NCBI GenBank assembly: GCA_964016885.1
Contig: OZ024742.1
Location: 97,650,001-97,714,000, forward strand
DNA from: Eledone cirrhosa
Taxonomy: Eukaryota
DNA: 64,000 nucleotides
Direction: 5' to 3'
Under the pieces are notes generated by a model, which searched no databases, was not told the origin of the DNA, and saw only the letters and a list, made by a program, of their open reading frames with translations. The translations under genes were made by a program, and so were the position numbers. Positions 39,985 to 53,622 of the stretch are shown here, piece by piece (position 1 is the first letter of the stretch; the number at the start of each line of letters is the position of its first letter).

Positions 39985-40327
39985 GTTTATATATATACAT
40001 ATGTATATATGTATATATATATACATACATATGTTTATATACATACATATGTATATATATATATACATATATATATACATACATATGTTTATATACATAC
40101 ATATGTATATATATATATATATACATATGTATATATATTATATATACATATGTATATATATATATATACATACATATGTTTATATATATACATATATATA
40201 TATACATACATATGTATATATATATACATACATATGTATATATATATACATACATATGTATATATATATATATATACATATGTATATATATATATATACA
40301 TACATATGTTTATATATATACATACAT

Positions 40328-40742
40328 GGTGGCTGCCAACTCGTTTTCGAGTACGGCCACTACTTTATATCCATGTAGGAGAACCCCTACCGAAGCGCTG
40401 AACGAGTGTGACTTTTTAGTCCAGCCAGCGACTTGAAACCTCTGGTACAAACACTACACTTGTGACAATTATTGACACATAGTGCTGGGCCCATGGTACC
40501 ATGTGAGGACAAGTGCCGAGAGATCTCCAGATACAAAGCAATGCCTGTGCCGTGAAGCTTTTATAGTGAGCAAAGGCACTGCACAAAGCCAGTCCCACTC
40601 TCTTAACCAAGATGATATTTACCAAAAAGAAGAACAAGTCAACATCATTGGATACCATCAGGGTTGCAGGTGTTATATCAGAGTTTTCCTTCTCCTAGAA
40701 TTCTGCCTTGACAAAGGCTAAGGGGTCATCTCTCATCTCTCA
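40328..40742 (-). mobile_element. RTE 5'-UTR-like or SINE-like repeat
   Basis: Minus strand TTAGCCTTTGTCAAGGCAG..TCTAGGAGAAGGAAAACTCTGAT; homologous to 48455-48650. Confidence 0.55.
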
Positions 40743-40857
40743 TCTATACATACATACATATATATATACACACATATATATATACATATATATATATATA
40801 CACACATATATATATATACATACATATATATATACACACACACATATATATATATAT

Positions 40858-41068
40858 ATTTACAAAGGAAATGTGGTAAGGAACCAGGTGGACCATAACG
40901 CACCAAAGTACTCAATACTTAGAGTAGTAGAGTGGGTAATAGGAATGAGTAGGACCCCGACGGCTGAGCTCAAGCCGTTTCTATGGCTAATTCTGGACTA
41001 AATGAAAATGTTTATCCTGCGGATAAAAATGTTCATTGAGCTCAGCCATCGGGTCCTACTCGTTCCTA
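40858..41068. mobile_element. Mini PLE-like remnant with 33-bp inverted repeat and the 3' half of an HHR
   Basis: 40940-40973 is inverted at 41036-41068. Minus strand reads GAAACGGCT-TGAGCTC-AGCCGTC. Sits in a TA array. Confidence 0.55.
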
Positions 41069-41184
41069 TATATATATTTATATATGTGTATATTTATACA
41101 TATATGTAGGTACGTATATGTACACATATACACATATAAATATATATATATATGTATATATATATATACATGCACATTCACACA

Positions 41185-41250
<66 letters not shown>

Positions 41251-41404
41251 CATACATACATACATACATATACATATATATATATTTATATATGTGTATA
41301 TTGATACATATATGTATGTATATATATATATACATATATGTACACATATACACATAAATATATACATATATGTATATATATATATATACATGCACAATCC
41401 ACAC

Positions 41405-41475
<71 letters not shown>

Positions 41476-41849
41476 CAATGCTGGCTGCAACTTGACTTTG
41501 AGTAATGCACACACTTGCACAGATGTTGCATCAATGGGAACCTCTTGCAGTAGGTGCTATGGTGCTGTTTTGGTGTACCTTCAAATGACATTTCAGTCCA
41601 CTAACTGAGCTACACTCTTTTCCACATTCCCCACAAACAGAAATGCCATACAATGCACAGTTGACCGTGTCCCTGTATACATGGCTCCTCTGATGACTTC
41701 TAGGGCCTGCCCTACTTAGATATAACTGGCCACATTATTTACAGGGTCGATAAAATAAAGTACCAGTAATGCACTGGTTAATTGCTGGCCTTGTGCCTAA
41801 AGTAGAAACAATTATTTACAGGTTAAATAAACCTGCATGCAAAGATATT

Positions 41850-42170
41850 CAGACAATTCAAACTGAAGGCCCTTACAAATATACTGCTTGAGCTGTTCAT
41901 GCTCAACACAGTTTCTTTCAAATTATTCCCTGCCTTCATGCACTGCCATCCTCCAGGAAAGTTGATCTAAAGTGAGGTTCTCCCAGTTATTCTCCGATAT
42001 TTTCATCTTCCTCAGTGTACTTTTAATGCAATCCCTGTACCTCAATTTTGGTTTGAGTGTCGTTTGTTTATCTTCAACCAGCTCACCTTAGAGGAACTGA
42101 CTAGGGATGCGACTATCATTCATTATTTGACCACACTATCTTAATCGGTGTTGAAATATGAGAGACTCTA
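41850..42170 (-). mobile_element. Degenerate RTE/BovB-like C-terminal relic
   Basis: Conceptual translation MNDSRIPSQFL*GEL...PKLRYRDCIKSTL...WENLTLDQLSWR. Confidence 0.65.
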
Positions 42171-42789
42171 TACTGGTAGACCTACTGCGTTTGAGGACTT
42201 CAGTGTTACTCACATGCATGGAAAAGTGGATGTAAAAACGTTGATGATGATATGTGTTATGTTATATATGTACATATGTATTTCCTCTGCATGTGTGTTA
42301 ATGTATATTATATATGTATATTGTATTTTATGAATCATATGTGGTATATATGTTATATATACACCTACCCAAAACATTGCTATGAGCAAGGAATGGCACA
42401 TTCAACTGGCCAAACCTGAATCATAATGGTGTCACCCAGTTTCACATGCTAAACATGGTTGGTGGTAGGAAGGGCATCCAGCAGCTGTAAAGCCCCAGCC
42501 TAAACATGACTCCACTATGAGCAAGGCAAGGCAGAGCCAACTGACCAGGCCTCCCTCATAATAGGACCACCCAAATCCCAATATATGATTTCACTGTTAG
42601 CAGGGTATGGCGAAGCCAACTGGCTCAACACTGTAAAAGTGGTTGGTGTTAGGCATGGCATACAACTGTAAAAATCCCAGCCCAAATCCAGGTATGGTGC
42701 AGCTAACTTGCTAGTCTTATCTCATAATGTGGACAACCTGCCTACCCCATGCAAGCATGAGAAAATATATCTTAAAATGTGATGTTATA

Positions 42790-42957
42790 CTTTGCTGTTT
42801 CAGCTCACATTTATGCAGGTTTAGCCAGCCCCCTGAAAAGCAAATGTGAAAGGAATCATTTTACTAAAGAACACAATTCACTGTCCAACCCAGGAATTGA
42901 ACCCACTACCTCATGATCATGAGTGCAACACCATAACTACTTGGCCACGCACCTTCA
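42790..42957 (-). mobile_element. Degenerate tRNA-derived SINE
   Basis: GAAGGTGCGTGGCCAAGTAGTT...GGTTCAATTCCTGG. Confidence 0.6.
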
Positions 42958-45900
42958 TGGTGTTTATATATGTATACATTTAATCTTATTTTCTTTCAAC
43001 TAACTGTGAATGGATTATTTACATAGGTTCAATAGAGCTTAACTTGTGTTATGTAACAGAAACCTGTGATTGAAGCAACAACTAACATCTCTTAATCCAG
43101 ACAAATTAGCACTAGAAAGGAAACAGAAATGGAAGAGAAACAAGAGAAAATTATCTCAGTTAAAACATTGTTTTATCAATGGATCTCTCTTCAGAGATGA
43201 AACAATGGGGGAAAACTATGGTTAATAGAAGAACATGATTACTACATTCAGACAGCAATCACAACAAATATTTACTTCCATAAACCTTTTGTTTGAATAA
43301 TCTTATGCTTTTGTGTTTTCTCTATTTACCTCTGTCCCATCTATTTCTGGTATCTCCCATTTCTTCCATTTCTCTCTCTGCTGTTTCTTTCATTTCTCTT
43401 TTGGCTGAATTTATTCCTTACTCCTTTTTCTTCCTGCTCCTCCTCCTCCATTCCTTTCTTTCTATTTCTTCAATCTCTCTTGTCATTTGTATTGTCCACT
43501 TGTGTGTTCACTGTAATTTCTACTTTTCTCTTGTTTAGTATCTTGTTCATTTTCCTAACTCTTATTAGTTTCTTTATCCATATCATTATCATCTGATACT
43601 TCTATTTTTCCCTATCTTCTGCTCCTGTCAATCAATATTCAACTTATTTCATTCTACTCTCTCTCTCTCTCTCTCAGCTTATTCAATGTATTATTATTAT
43701 TTGTTTTATTTATTATTTATTTTACTCGTTTTAGTATCTACATCCTCCATTTCTTCATCTTTAACCTCTTTCATTTTATTATTTTTTCCTTTGTTTCCTC
43801 CATCCATTTACTTATCTCCAGTGTCATCTATTCTCCATCCTCCTCTACATATCTTTAAATTCTCTTTGAAATCTACCAACATTAACACAAACCTCATGGA
43901 CACATCACAAATCCTTTTGTTTCCTCTTTTGTCCACTAAAATTGCAAACTCAAATACACACAAGAGTAAAGCTCTTTTCTATCTACAGATAAAGTTTATA
44001 ATACATAGTGGTAGCTAAACCGATTTCATACTAATTAATGTGCCTTAATTAATAGACAAACAATTGACAATCTTTACTCAATCTATGCAGAAAATCTAAC
44101 AAGGTGGTGAAGTACAGAAGAGAAATGGAACTGGATTTTCCTGATTAGAAAATCTTCTCAATTGAAGAGATTTCATCTTAAATAGTTGTTTGATTTAAAC
44201 TGTATAGTCGATGAATCAGCAGAGTGATTAAGAAATCTGATTAAAAATGGCTTGGTATTTGTTCCAGCTCACTGCACCTGGAATTCAAGTTCTGCAAATG
44301 TCAATGCTGCTTCTCCTCCTTTTGAGGTAGATGAATAAAGTAGTAATCCAATGATGGGGTTCGTTTTTCCTCTACCTTTCTTTCTTTTTTTTTCTCTATA
44401 TGAAATCAACTGTGTTCCAACTTGGAATAGGATAAGCTTCACCAGGTTCTAAATGCCCAAGACGTACTGTGTGCCAAGATACTGTCCCAATGATTCCATA
44501 AGGAGTTAAATGTTCTTTATTTTATTTTTAACTTTCTCCACATAGAAGAAACAGCTACTTTAACACTTTGCATATAGATATGTATGTGCATGTGGGTAAA
44601 CACATATATATATATATATACTTTAAAATGATTAAATAATAATACTTTATTTTCTCTATTCATTTTTTCACTATATTTATGTGTGTACATAAAAACTTCA
44701 TTGACTAATTAAAAATATATTTGAAAAATTATTTTAAATTATTTTGTAAGATAAAGACCAGCATAGCACATTTCCAACAACAATTCTGTTACATTTTTGA
44801 AATTGTGAACCAAACCCTTTATTCAGATGATTGCCTAGATTGCTCTCATTCCATTGTTCATGCCTGGTGTATACTCATTTTCATTATAATACAAATGTGG
44901 ACAAAGACAGGGAGACATGGAGACAATAAACACATTAAAGCAAAACCAAGAAAAGCAACATACAGATCTTGATTATCAGTTGTTCCCCCATCAGGTAGTA
45001 CTGATTTGCTTTACTGTCGATTGTTGATTTCACTTAACCTTTTAGCATTTATACTACTCTATATTTACTATTGTATTTTCACAGTAAACACTTTATCTCA
45101 CATGATATCGAATCTATGAGATTTTGATATTATTTATTTTGAGAACAATACCTTAACATAAGTATGAGCAACCGGTTATGGTCAGTTTGAACAGAAAAAG
45201 GTGAGCCAATTCTGGCTGGATATGGCTAATTTAGATACTAAAGGGTTAAACCAAAGCATATATAGATACTCTGACTAAGGAATTGCCCTTGTGAACAGTA
45301 GGTAAACTAGTGCACTTAAATCACAACCAACGATTATATTGACAATAGAAGAGTATCCATGCTTGGGGAATGATAGCACACTACAACATAACAACTGTTT
45401 TGAAGCCATTTCCATAACAGGTTTCATACTTATCCTGAGGCCCTTTTTGAAACAATGTTTTACGGCTGGATGCCATTTCTGGTCCCAACCCTTTTAGCTG
45501 ACTCTTACAACATGCAGAGATACAGTGTATCTATTCTAAACCATATACCCGCAGCAACAGAAAGATAATACTCTAAGACATTAAATTGGATAAATCCACA
45601 TTACATTTGCCTTCGACACCATTCAACTATGTGATATCTGACATGGTGTTATTCCACAGATACAAATAAATAGATTGCTTTATGTCAGCATTTATTCTAT
45701 TAAAGATCGTGTTACTAACTATAGCAAAATCACATTTAGTAGGAACGTGATATATTTTGAGGTTACATGTTGTGTTTCTGCATTGATTACATTGCATATG
45801 TTGTGCTGTTAGTTTTTTTGTTGTTTCTTTTTGTGGAGGAATCATCATTATCATCATTTTGCATCCGTTTTTCCATACTAGCATAGGTTGGACATGTCAT

Positions 45901-47500
45901 TACAGACCATGTCAGTATAAATCAGATTTACTGTCTTCCTAATCTGGCCACAGCCCACATTCCACATACATATGTTCAAATTGTGGCATTGTTTCTACAC
46001 TTGGATGCCTATCCTAATGATAAACACCTTATAGAATGTAATTATTCTTAACATGACTAAAGAGTTTGCTCAACACATTCTTTGCATGGTATCTACAGCT
46101 GGATTCCCTTTCTAACATCAACCACATTCCTGAGTGTACTGGGAGCATTTTACCATCGCACGAGCAATCTATTATGCTCTTGTGTAAGAAGATGTTTTAG
46201 TGATGATACCAGTAATAAAAGTAATTTCTAATTTAGACACAAAACCAACTATTTGTGAGAGAAGAATGCTGGATCTATCTCAGTATTTGACTAATACTTT
46301 ATTCTATCAACTTTGGATTGGTGGGATTTGAACTCAGAATATTAAGAGCTAGAATAAACATTGATGCTTTATAGATTTTCCTATAATGATATCTAACAAT
46401 AATAGTATTACCTGTTGTTCATAATAATTGCCACTCTGCATAAATATACTATTTGAAACACATGTATGTCGAATGTGTGTGACTGCATGCATATTCATGC
46501 TTTTGTCCCATAATGCAGAGATCAATAATACATTGAAATAAATGTCAACATTGGTATGATCACCAAAACTCTATATGGTGTGGCTCCGGTATGATCACAG
46601 ACCAGATGAAAAACTGAAAACAAATCAGTGATATATCTGATTTATTTTGTTAGTTATTGTTTGTTCACTTGCTTTATTGATTGCAGGAACTTAAACATCA
46701 CTCTACCCCACCATCCTTAAACATGAATAGCACACAATTAAAAATGCCCTCATGTTTTCCTTAAATGCTTAGCCTCAGTCCAGAAAGGATATTTCATAGC
46801 AAATACACATCCCAAACATAGTTAGAACTGCATCTAACAAACTGGTCCTTCTCTTCGGAACTAGAAAATACTTCAGCCCCAAACATCATCTGATTCTCTA
46901 TAATGTTCAGGTAAAATTTACAATGGAGTAGTTATCCCTTGTTTGGGATAGTGTTGCTGCCACAGATTTGTATATAACATAGACCACACACAGAAAAAAG
47001 GTCACCCATCTGATTGGCCAAAAGTCACTGGCAGAGAGGCCCTAGCCACTGACCCACATTTCTAGAGCAAGTGTAAATGCATCTACACTTTGGATCAGGA
47101 TAAAACTTACGACAGCTTCAATTATGCACTTCAGCCACCCTGTCTCTCCTCTTCTCATTGCTGATATAGTATCCAACTTCCCAGGTCTCACATTGACCAT
47201 TATGTCCAGTACTTCCTCCCCAAAAGATTGTCCCACTGGAATTCTTCTTCATGCATGTCTTTCATGCAGGAGTCATCTTACAACAATTTAACCTAAACAT
47301 CAACAGTTTCAATTTCAGCCATCATAGAAGTTCTTAGAAAGGTCATGGGCACAGAGCTAGGAAAGAATAATGTAACACCACTATATCAATGCACAATGTA
47401 CCACAAAACACCACACCACTACCACATCACTACCCATCACTGCTCCACATCCAGCACTCTTCACCCAACACACCACTAGTCATTATTGCACTAACATTCC

Positions 47501-47683
47501 GGTGAATTGGCGGTATCGGTACAGAGTCGGACGCCATGCTTTGACGCATAGATTTACGGCCCTTGCCATTCTGAGTTCAAATCCCGCCGAGGTTAACTTT
47601 GCCTTTCATCCTTACGGGGTCGATAAAATAAAGTACCAGTAATCTACTGGGTAATTGCTGGCCTTGTGCCAATGGTAGAAACA
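47501..47683 (+). mobile_element. tRNA-derived Nin/Deu-core SINE with 19-bp TSD
   Basis: B box GAGTTCAAATCC. TSD ATTATTGCACTAACATTCC at 47482-47500 and 47684-47702. Confidence 0.9.
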
Positions 47684-48298
47684 ATTATTGCACTAACATT
47701 CCACCACTGATCACTGCACCAACATATCAATATAGAAATCACCACCACTCCACCTCCAACACGCCACCACCCATCACTGCATGAACACACACATCACCAC
47801 CACCACCACCACCACACCAATATGAGTTGATTTCTGGTGATATGTAAGAAAAAGATACCTTATTTCACATTGCTCCAGTTCACTCAACAGAAAAAATGAG
47901 TTGTACCTGTAATTCGAAGGAAATGAGACTGCACATAAGCAAGACACACATCTCTGGCCTGCCTGGGAGACCAGTAACCCTGCTTCAGTAGAGTCTTGGT
48001 CTATGTAGACCCGCCAAACAATTGACAGCAGGAAAAGCAGATGTAAAAATGAAGATGACAATGAAGGGGATAATTATGAAATACACAACACTCACAGTGA
48101 ACCTCCCATACAAATATGTTAAAGGTACCCACATCTTGAAATTCTCAACCACTTGCACATTCATTTCATGAGCAGTCTGTCCCATTGATCAGATCAGGTG
48201 GAAAACTCATCAGAACAGATGGAGTTCCATCAATCACATATATATAAGAGACACATAAAAACAACTGCATACACATGTATGTGTGTATGTGCCTATAC

Positions 48299-48353
<55 letters not shown>

Positions 48354-48389
48354 TGTATGTATATATATATATATATGTATGTATGTATG

Positions 48390-48650
48390 CGTGGGGACAT
48401 ACAAATAGTCGGGCTGGACACCCGATTGCATGCTTAAACCACTGGGAGTGAAGGACACTTAGCCATTGTCAGGGCATTCTTCAGGAAACTGGGATAACTC
48501 CGATATAAAACCTGCGGCTCAGTAGTTACTCATGAAGTGGATATTTTCTTCTTTTCGGGTTATAGCTACTGTCACTCAGAGAGTGGGATTGGCTCAGTGC
48601 ACAGTCTTTCCTCATTTTAAAAAAAATATCTTCACACACAGACATTGTAA
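48390..48650 (+). mobile_element. RTE 5'-UTR-like repeat, diverged homologue of 40540-40742
   Basis: TTAGCCATTGTCAGGGCA...ACTCCGATATAAAACCTGC...GAGAGTGGGATTGGCT. Confidence 0.5.
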
Positions 48651-49052
48651 GATAGAATTAATTAATAATTATTAATAATATTATATCGTGCAATGGCCAT
48701 ATTCGATAACGAGAGAGCAGCCATCATATGTATGTATGTAAGTATGTATATATATATATAAAATTACATATATAAAGTGGGAGAGAGAGAGCAATATCAA
48801 CATCTACAAGTTGTGACATGATGTTTCAATAGAAGACATCTTACAATTAAATAAACATAATATGGACAGTAACTGATTTTTTCAGTGCAACAATGGACAA
48901 TGTTGTTTAATCGTACTTTGTGTACAGTGTGTATATATCTGGGTGTGTCCGTGCATGCATATGTGTGAATGACTGCAATATATATATATATATATGTATA
49001 TATATGTATATCATCATCATCATCTTCGTTTAACGTCGATCTTCTGCGTTAC

Positions 49053-50196
<1,144 letters not shown>

Positions 50197-50304
50197 GAGA
50201 AAATTGAGGTTGGTAATGGCACATGGAATATATAAGAGACAGAATACTTTTTTGTGAAAAAACATAATTTTATAAGGTAAGGAAATAATAAAGGGTATAA
50301 AAAA

Positions 50305-50348
50305 TGACCGGTTTCGATGGGTCTGCAAAAGCCATCTTTTCAAATGTT
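50305..50348 (-). ncRNA. Minimal HHR motif, U3-A8 core variant
   Basis: TTGAAAA-GATGG-CTTTTGCAGAC-CCATC-GAAACCGGTC. Confidence 0.6.
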
Positions 50349-50620
50349 GATTAATATTAAGAAAAATTAATAATACGAAGAGTTAAAATTTGAGACTTGA
50401 AAATTCAAGTATAAAATTCATTGTGGGATTTCATAGCAGTTTTCATCTAGGTAGCAACAACAGGTTGACTGCTGTGTCCCTTTCTGGTAGTGAATGAGAA
50501 GTTATTTGGGGTGTGGGTTATTTTACAAAGGTCAGATTTAGCAATAGCCAGCTGCTGGTCAATGAGGGGGTGGAAGCAATATACACACACATACCTTCAT
50601 CCACACATACATACACATAC

Positions 50621-50675
<55 letters not shown>

Positions 50676-50744
50676 CACACATACATACACACACACATAC
50701 ATATACATACACACATACACACACACACACATATATATACACAT

Positions 50745-50823
<79 letters not shown>

Positions 50824-50854
50824 TATATATACATACACATACATCCAGATACAC

Positions 50855-50903
<49 letters not shown>

Positions 50904-50908
50904 CACAC

Positions 50909-50954
<46 letters not shown>

Positions 50955-51506
50955 CCCCACACATACATACACACACACATATATATATACATACACACAT
51001 ACAAACATACACACACACACACACACACATATATATACACACATACACACACATATATATACACACACACACACACACACATGCATATATATATATATAT
51101 ATACACATACGCATACATCCAGATACCCACATACATACACACACACACACACACGCACACACAATACATACATCCACATGCACACACATAATCACACACA
51201 CACACACACACATACATACACCCACACACAGAGAGAAATGGCCTTCAAATATATATATATATATATATACATACAGACACATATATTTTTTCCATAATAT
51301 AAGAAGTTGGGGCAGTGAAATTAAAATAATTCTGTGTGCGCATATATATATAGATATACGTGTGTGCACGTGCAGGGTTTAACATGGATGTGTTGGTCAC
51401 ACAAAGGCATGGTCTGTCAATGAATAAACCTGATTCTACAGAATTGGTCTCTGGTCTTTAATAGTAGTGATTCCGTGCGTATGTGTGTTTATATTTTATG
51501 ACAATT

Positions 51507-53622
51507 CTATTGGGGTGATAACCCGTTTAGTTTTGGTTTAAATTTGTTAAGGAATAGATTTTCTTTGTTTATTCTTTGTTGTTGTGTGAACGAATCTGAG
51601 CACTTGTAGAAGGGGAAGATTTTAAAGTTGGGTAGTGTCATTCCTGCGCAGTTCGCAATATGGCTGCTCAAGGGGATTTTTCTTGTGTTAGCGTCCCGGA
51701 TTTGTTGGCGGTGGATGGTCATTCTTTTGCGTAATGAGGTGCCCGTCTGTCCTATGTAGTTGTGTTTGCACCCACCGCAAGTTATTGCGTAAATCAAGTT
51801 CTCCGAGTTGCAGGTGAAATTGTTTTTTACTGTAAATGTTTGGCCATCTTTGAATGTAAATGTTTGTCCTTCAGTGAGGTAGAGGCACGTTCCACAGTTT
51901 GTTCTACCACATTTGGTAACTGTAGGGTTGAGGATTGGTTTGGGTATATTTGGTCCAGTGAGAATGCGTTTAAGTGATTTGGGTTGTCTTTTACTTTTAA
52001 GGATCTTGTGTGTTTCAAGAATAGACTTCATTTTTACATCTTTAAGTAGGATGGGGAGGTTTTTGTGTAGGTGATCGAACATTTCGGTATTTCTGGGGTT
52101 GAAAGTGGATACATATGGCAGGGTGTTGAGTGTGGTTTTCTGTTTTGGATTGTTAAGTTGATGGGGATTTAGGTGTTTTGCCCTGTCTATTCCATTGTTG
52201 ATTATTTCAAGTGGAAAGGCTCTTAAGATAAGGGTGTCTTTTAGTTCCTTTAGTCTTTGCTCCCGTTTAGGTGGATCTGATACTATGGTACATATACGTT
52301 TGGCCAAATTGTAAGGAATGTTAAGTTTTGTATGTTTTGGGTGACTTGATGTGAAAAAGAGGTATTGCTTGGAATCTGTGGGTTTATAGAATATATCTGT
52401 ATCTAATTTCCCGTCTATTACAGAGATGAGAATATCCAAGAAGGCTAATTCCTTAGGATTGGATTCCATTGTGAATTGTATGTTATTATCTATGTTGTTT
52501 ATCATGTTTTTAAACGTAGTAAGTGAGTTCATGTCTTCTTGCCATAGGATAAAGCAGTCGTCTAGATATCTTTTCCAATTGGCTTTGAGGTGTGTGTGGA
52601 AAGACTCTCCAAATAAGAGAAGGGACTGACTGTATATTTGTTGTTCATGGAATCCCATGACTAGGTTGGCATATGTGGGTGCTACTTTCGTGCCCATTGC
52701 CGTACCTGATACTTGTCTGTATGTTGAACCATTGAATGTGAAGTAGTTATTTTGTAGGATAAAGCGGAGTCCGTCAGTGATAAAATCTGTGTTGATGCGT
52801 GTCGGTATTTCTGATGGGTGTGTGTTAAGCCAGTATTGGACTGCTGTTATTCTATAGTTGTGAGGTATGTTTGTGTAGAGGTTTATTACGTCAAAGGAGA
52901 CAAGAATTGTATTTGCACTTACTGTTTTAGGGAGGTGTTTCAGCATGTCAAGGTCATCTCGTATGTAGCTCTGTATATGTTGTAGAAAGGGTTTCAGTAG
53001 GATGTCCAGAAAGTTGCTAAGTCTGTGGGTTTCACATGTAGGGCCTGCTATAATTGGCCTGAGTTTTAGGTCTTCTGGTGGTGTTAGTTCAATGTAATTG
53101 TTGGTTGAGGTGTCACATGCATCGTTTATGGGTTTACATTTGTGAAGTTTCGGTAAGCCGTAAAACAGTACTGCCTTTATCGGCTTCTTTGATAGTTATC
53201 TCAGGGTTGTTTCTAAGTGTGAATAATTCTTCCCATTCGTGTGTAGATAGGTTTGATTTCGTGTGTTTATTTGTAATTGTTTCATAGGGAAAGTTGGTGA
53301 TGTGTTCGCAGTACGTGTCCAGTGCTTTATTTCTTCCCTTTTGTGGGCAGAAATTGCTTTTATTTCTAACCAGTGATTCGTCTTCAGTGTTGGTGTCGTT
53401 GTGGAAGAATTCCGTTAGTCGCAGCTTTCGGCAGTATTCCATGATGTCATCCTTCATTTCGGGGAAGTTTGGTTTACGTGGTGTAGGTGTAAATTTCAGG
53501 CCCTTACTTAAAATGTTGATTTGTGTGTTGGTTAGAGGTGTCTTTGAGAGGTTGATTATTTTTGGTTTCTCCTGAGGGGGGGCCATCGAGTATCCTGGTA
53601 TTTCAGGCTTTTCCCTAAAAAA
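51507..53622 (-). pseudogene. PLE RT+GIY-YIG ORF2 with an internal deletion near 53165
   Basis: IINLS...LSKGLKFTPTP...IKEADKGSTV // FYGLPKLHK...RPIIAGP...SFDVINLYTNIP...GTAMGTKVAP...RYLDD...KCGRTNCGTC...LIYAITC..C...YIGQTG..LRKRMTIH. Confidence 0.92.

Noticed and set aside
48810-48891. Possible HHR on the minus strand (CTGAAAA...GAAACATCATGTC)
   Set aside because: C3-A8 mismatch, no convincing stem II and a poor stem I. At best a decayed relic.
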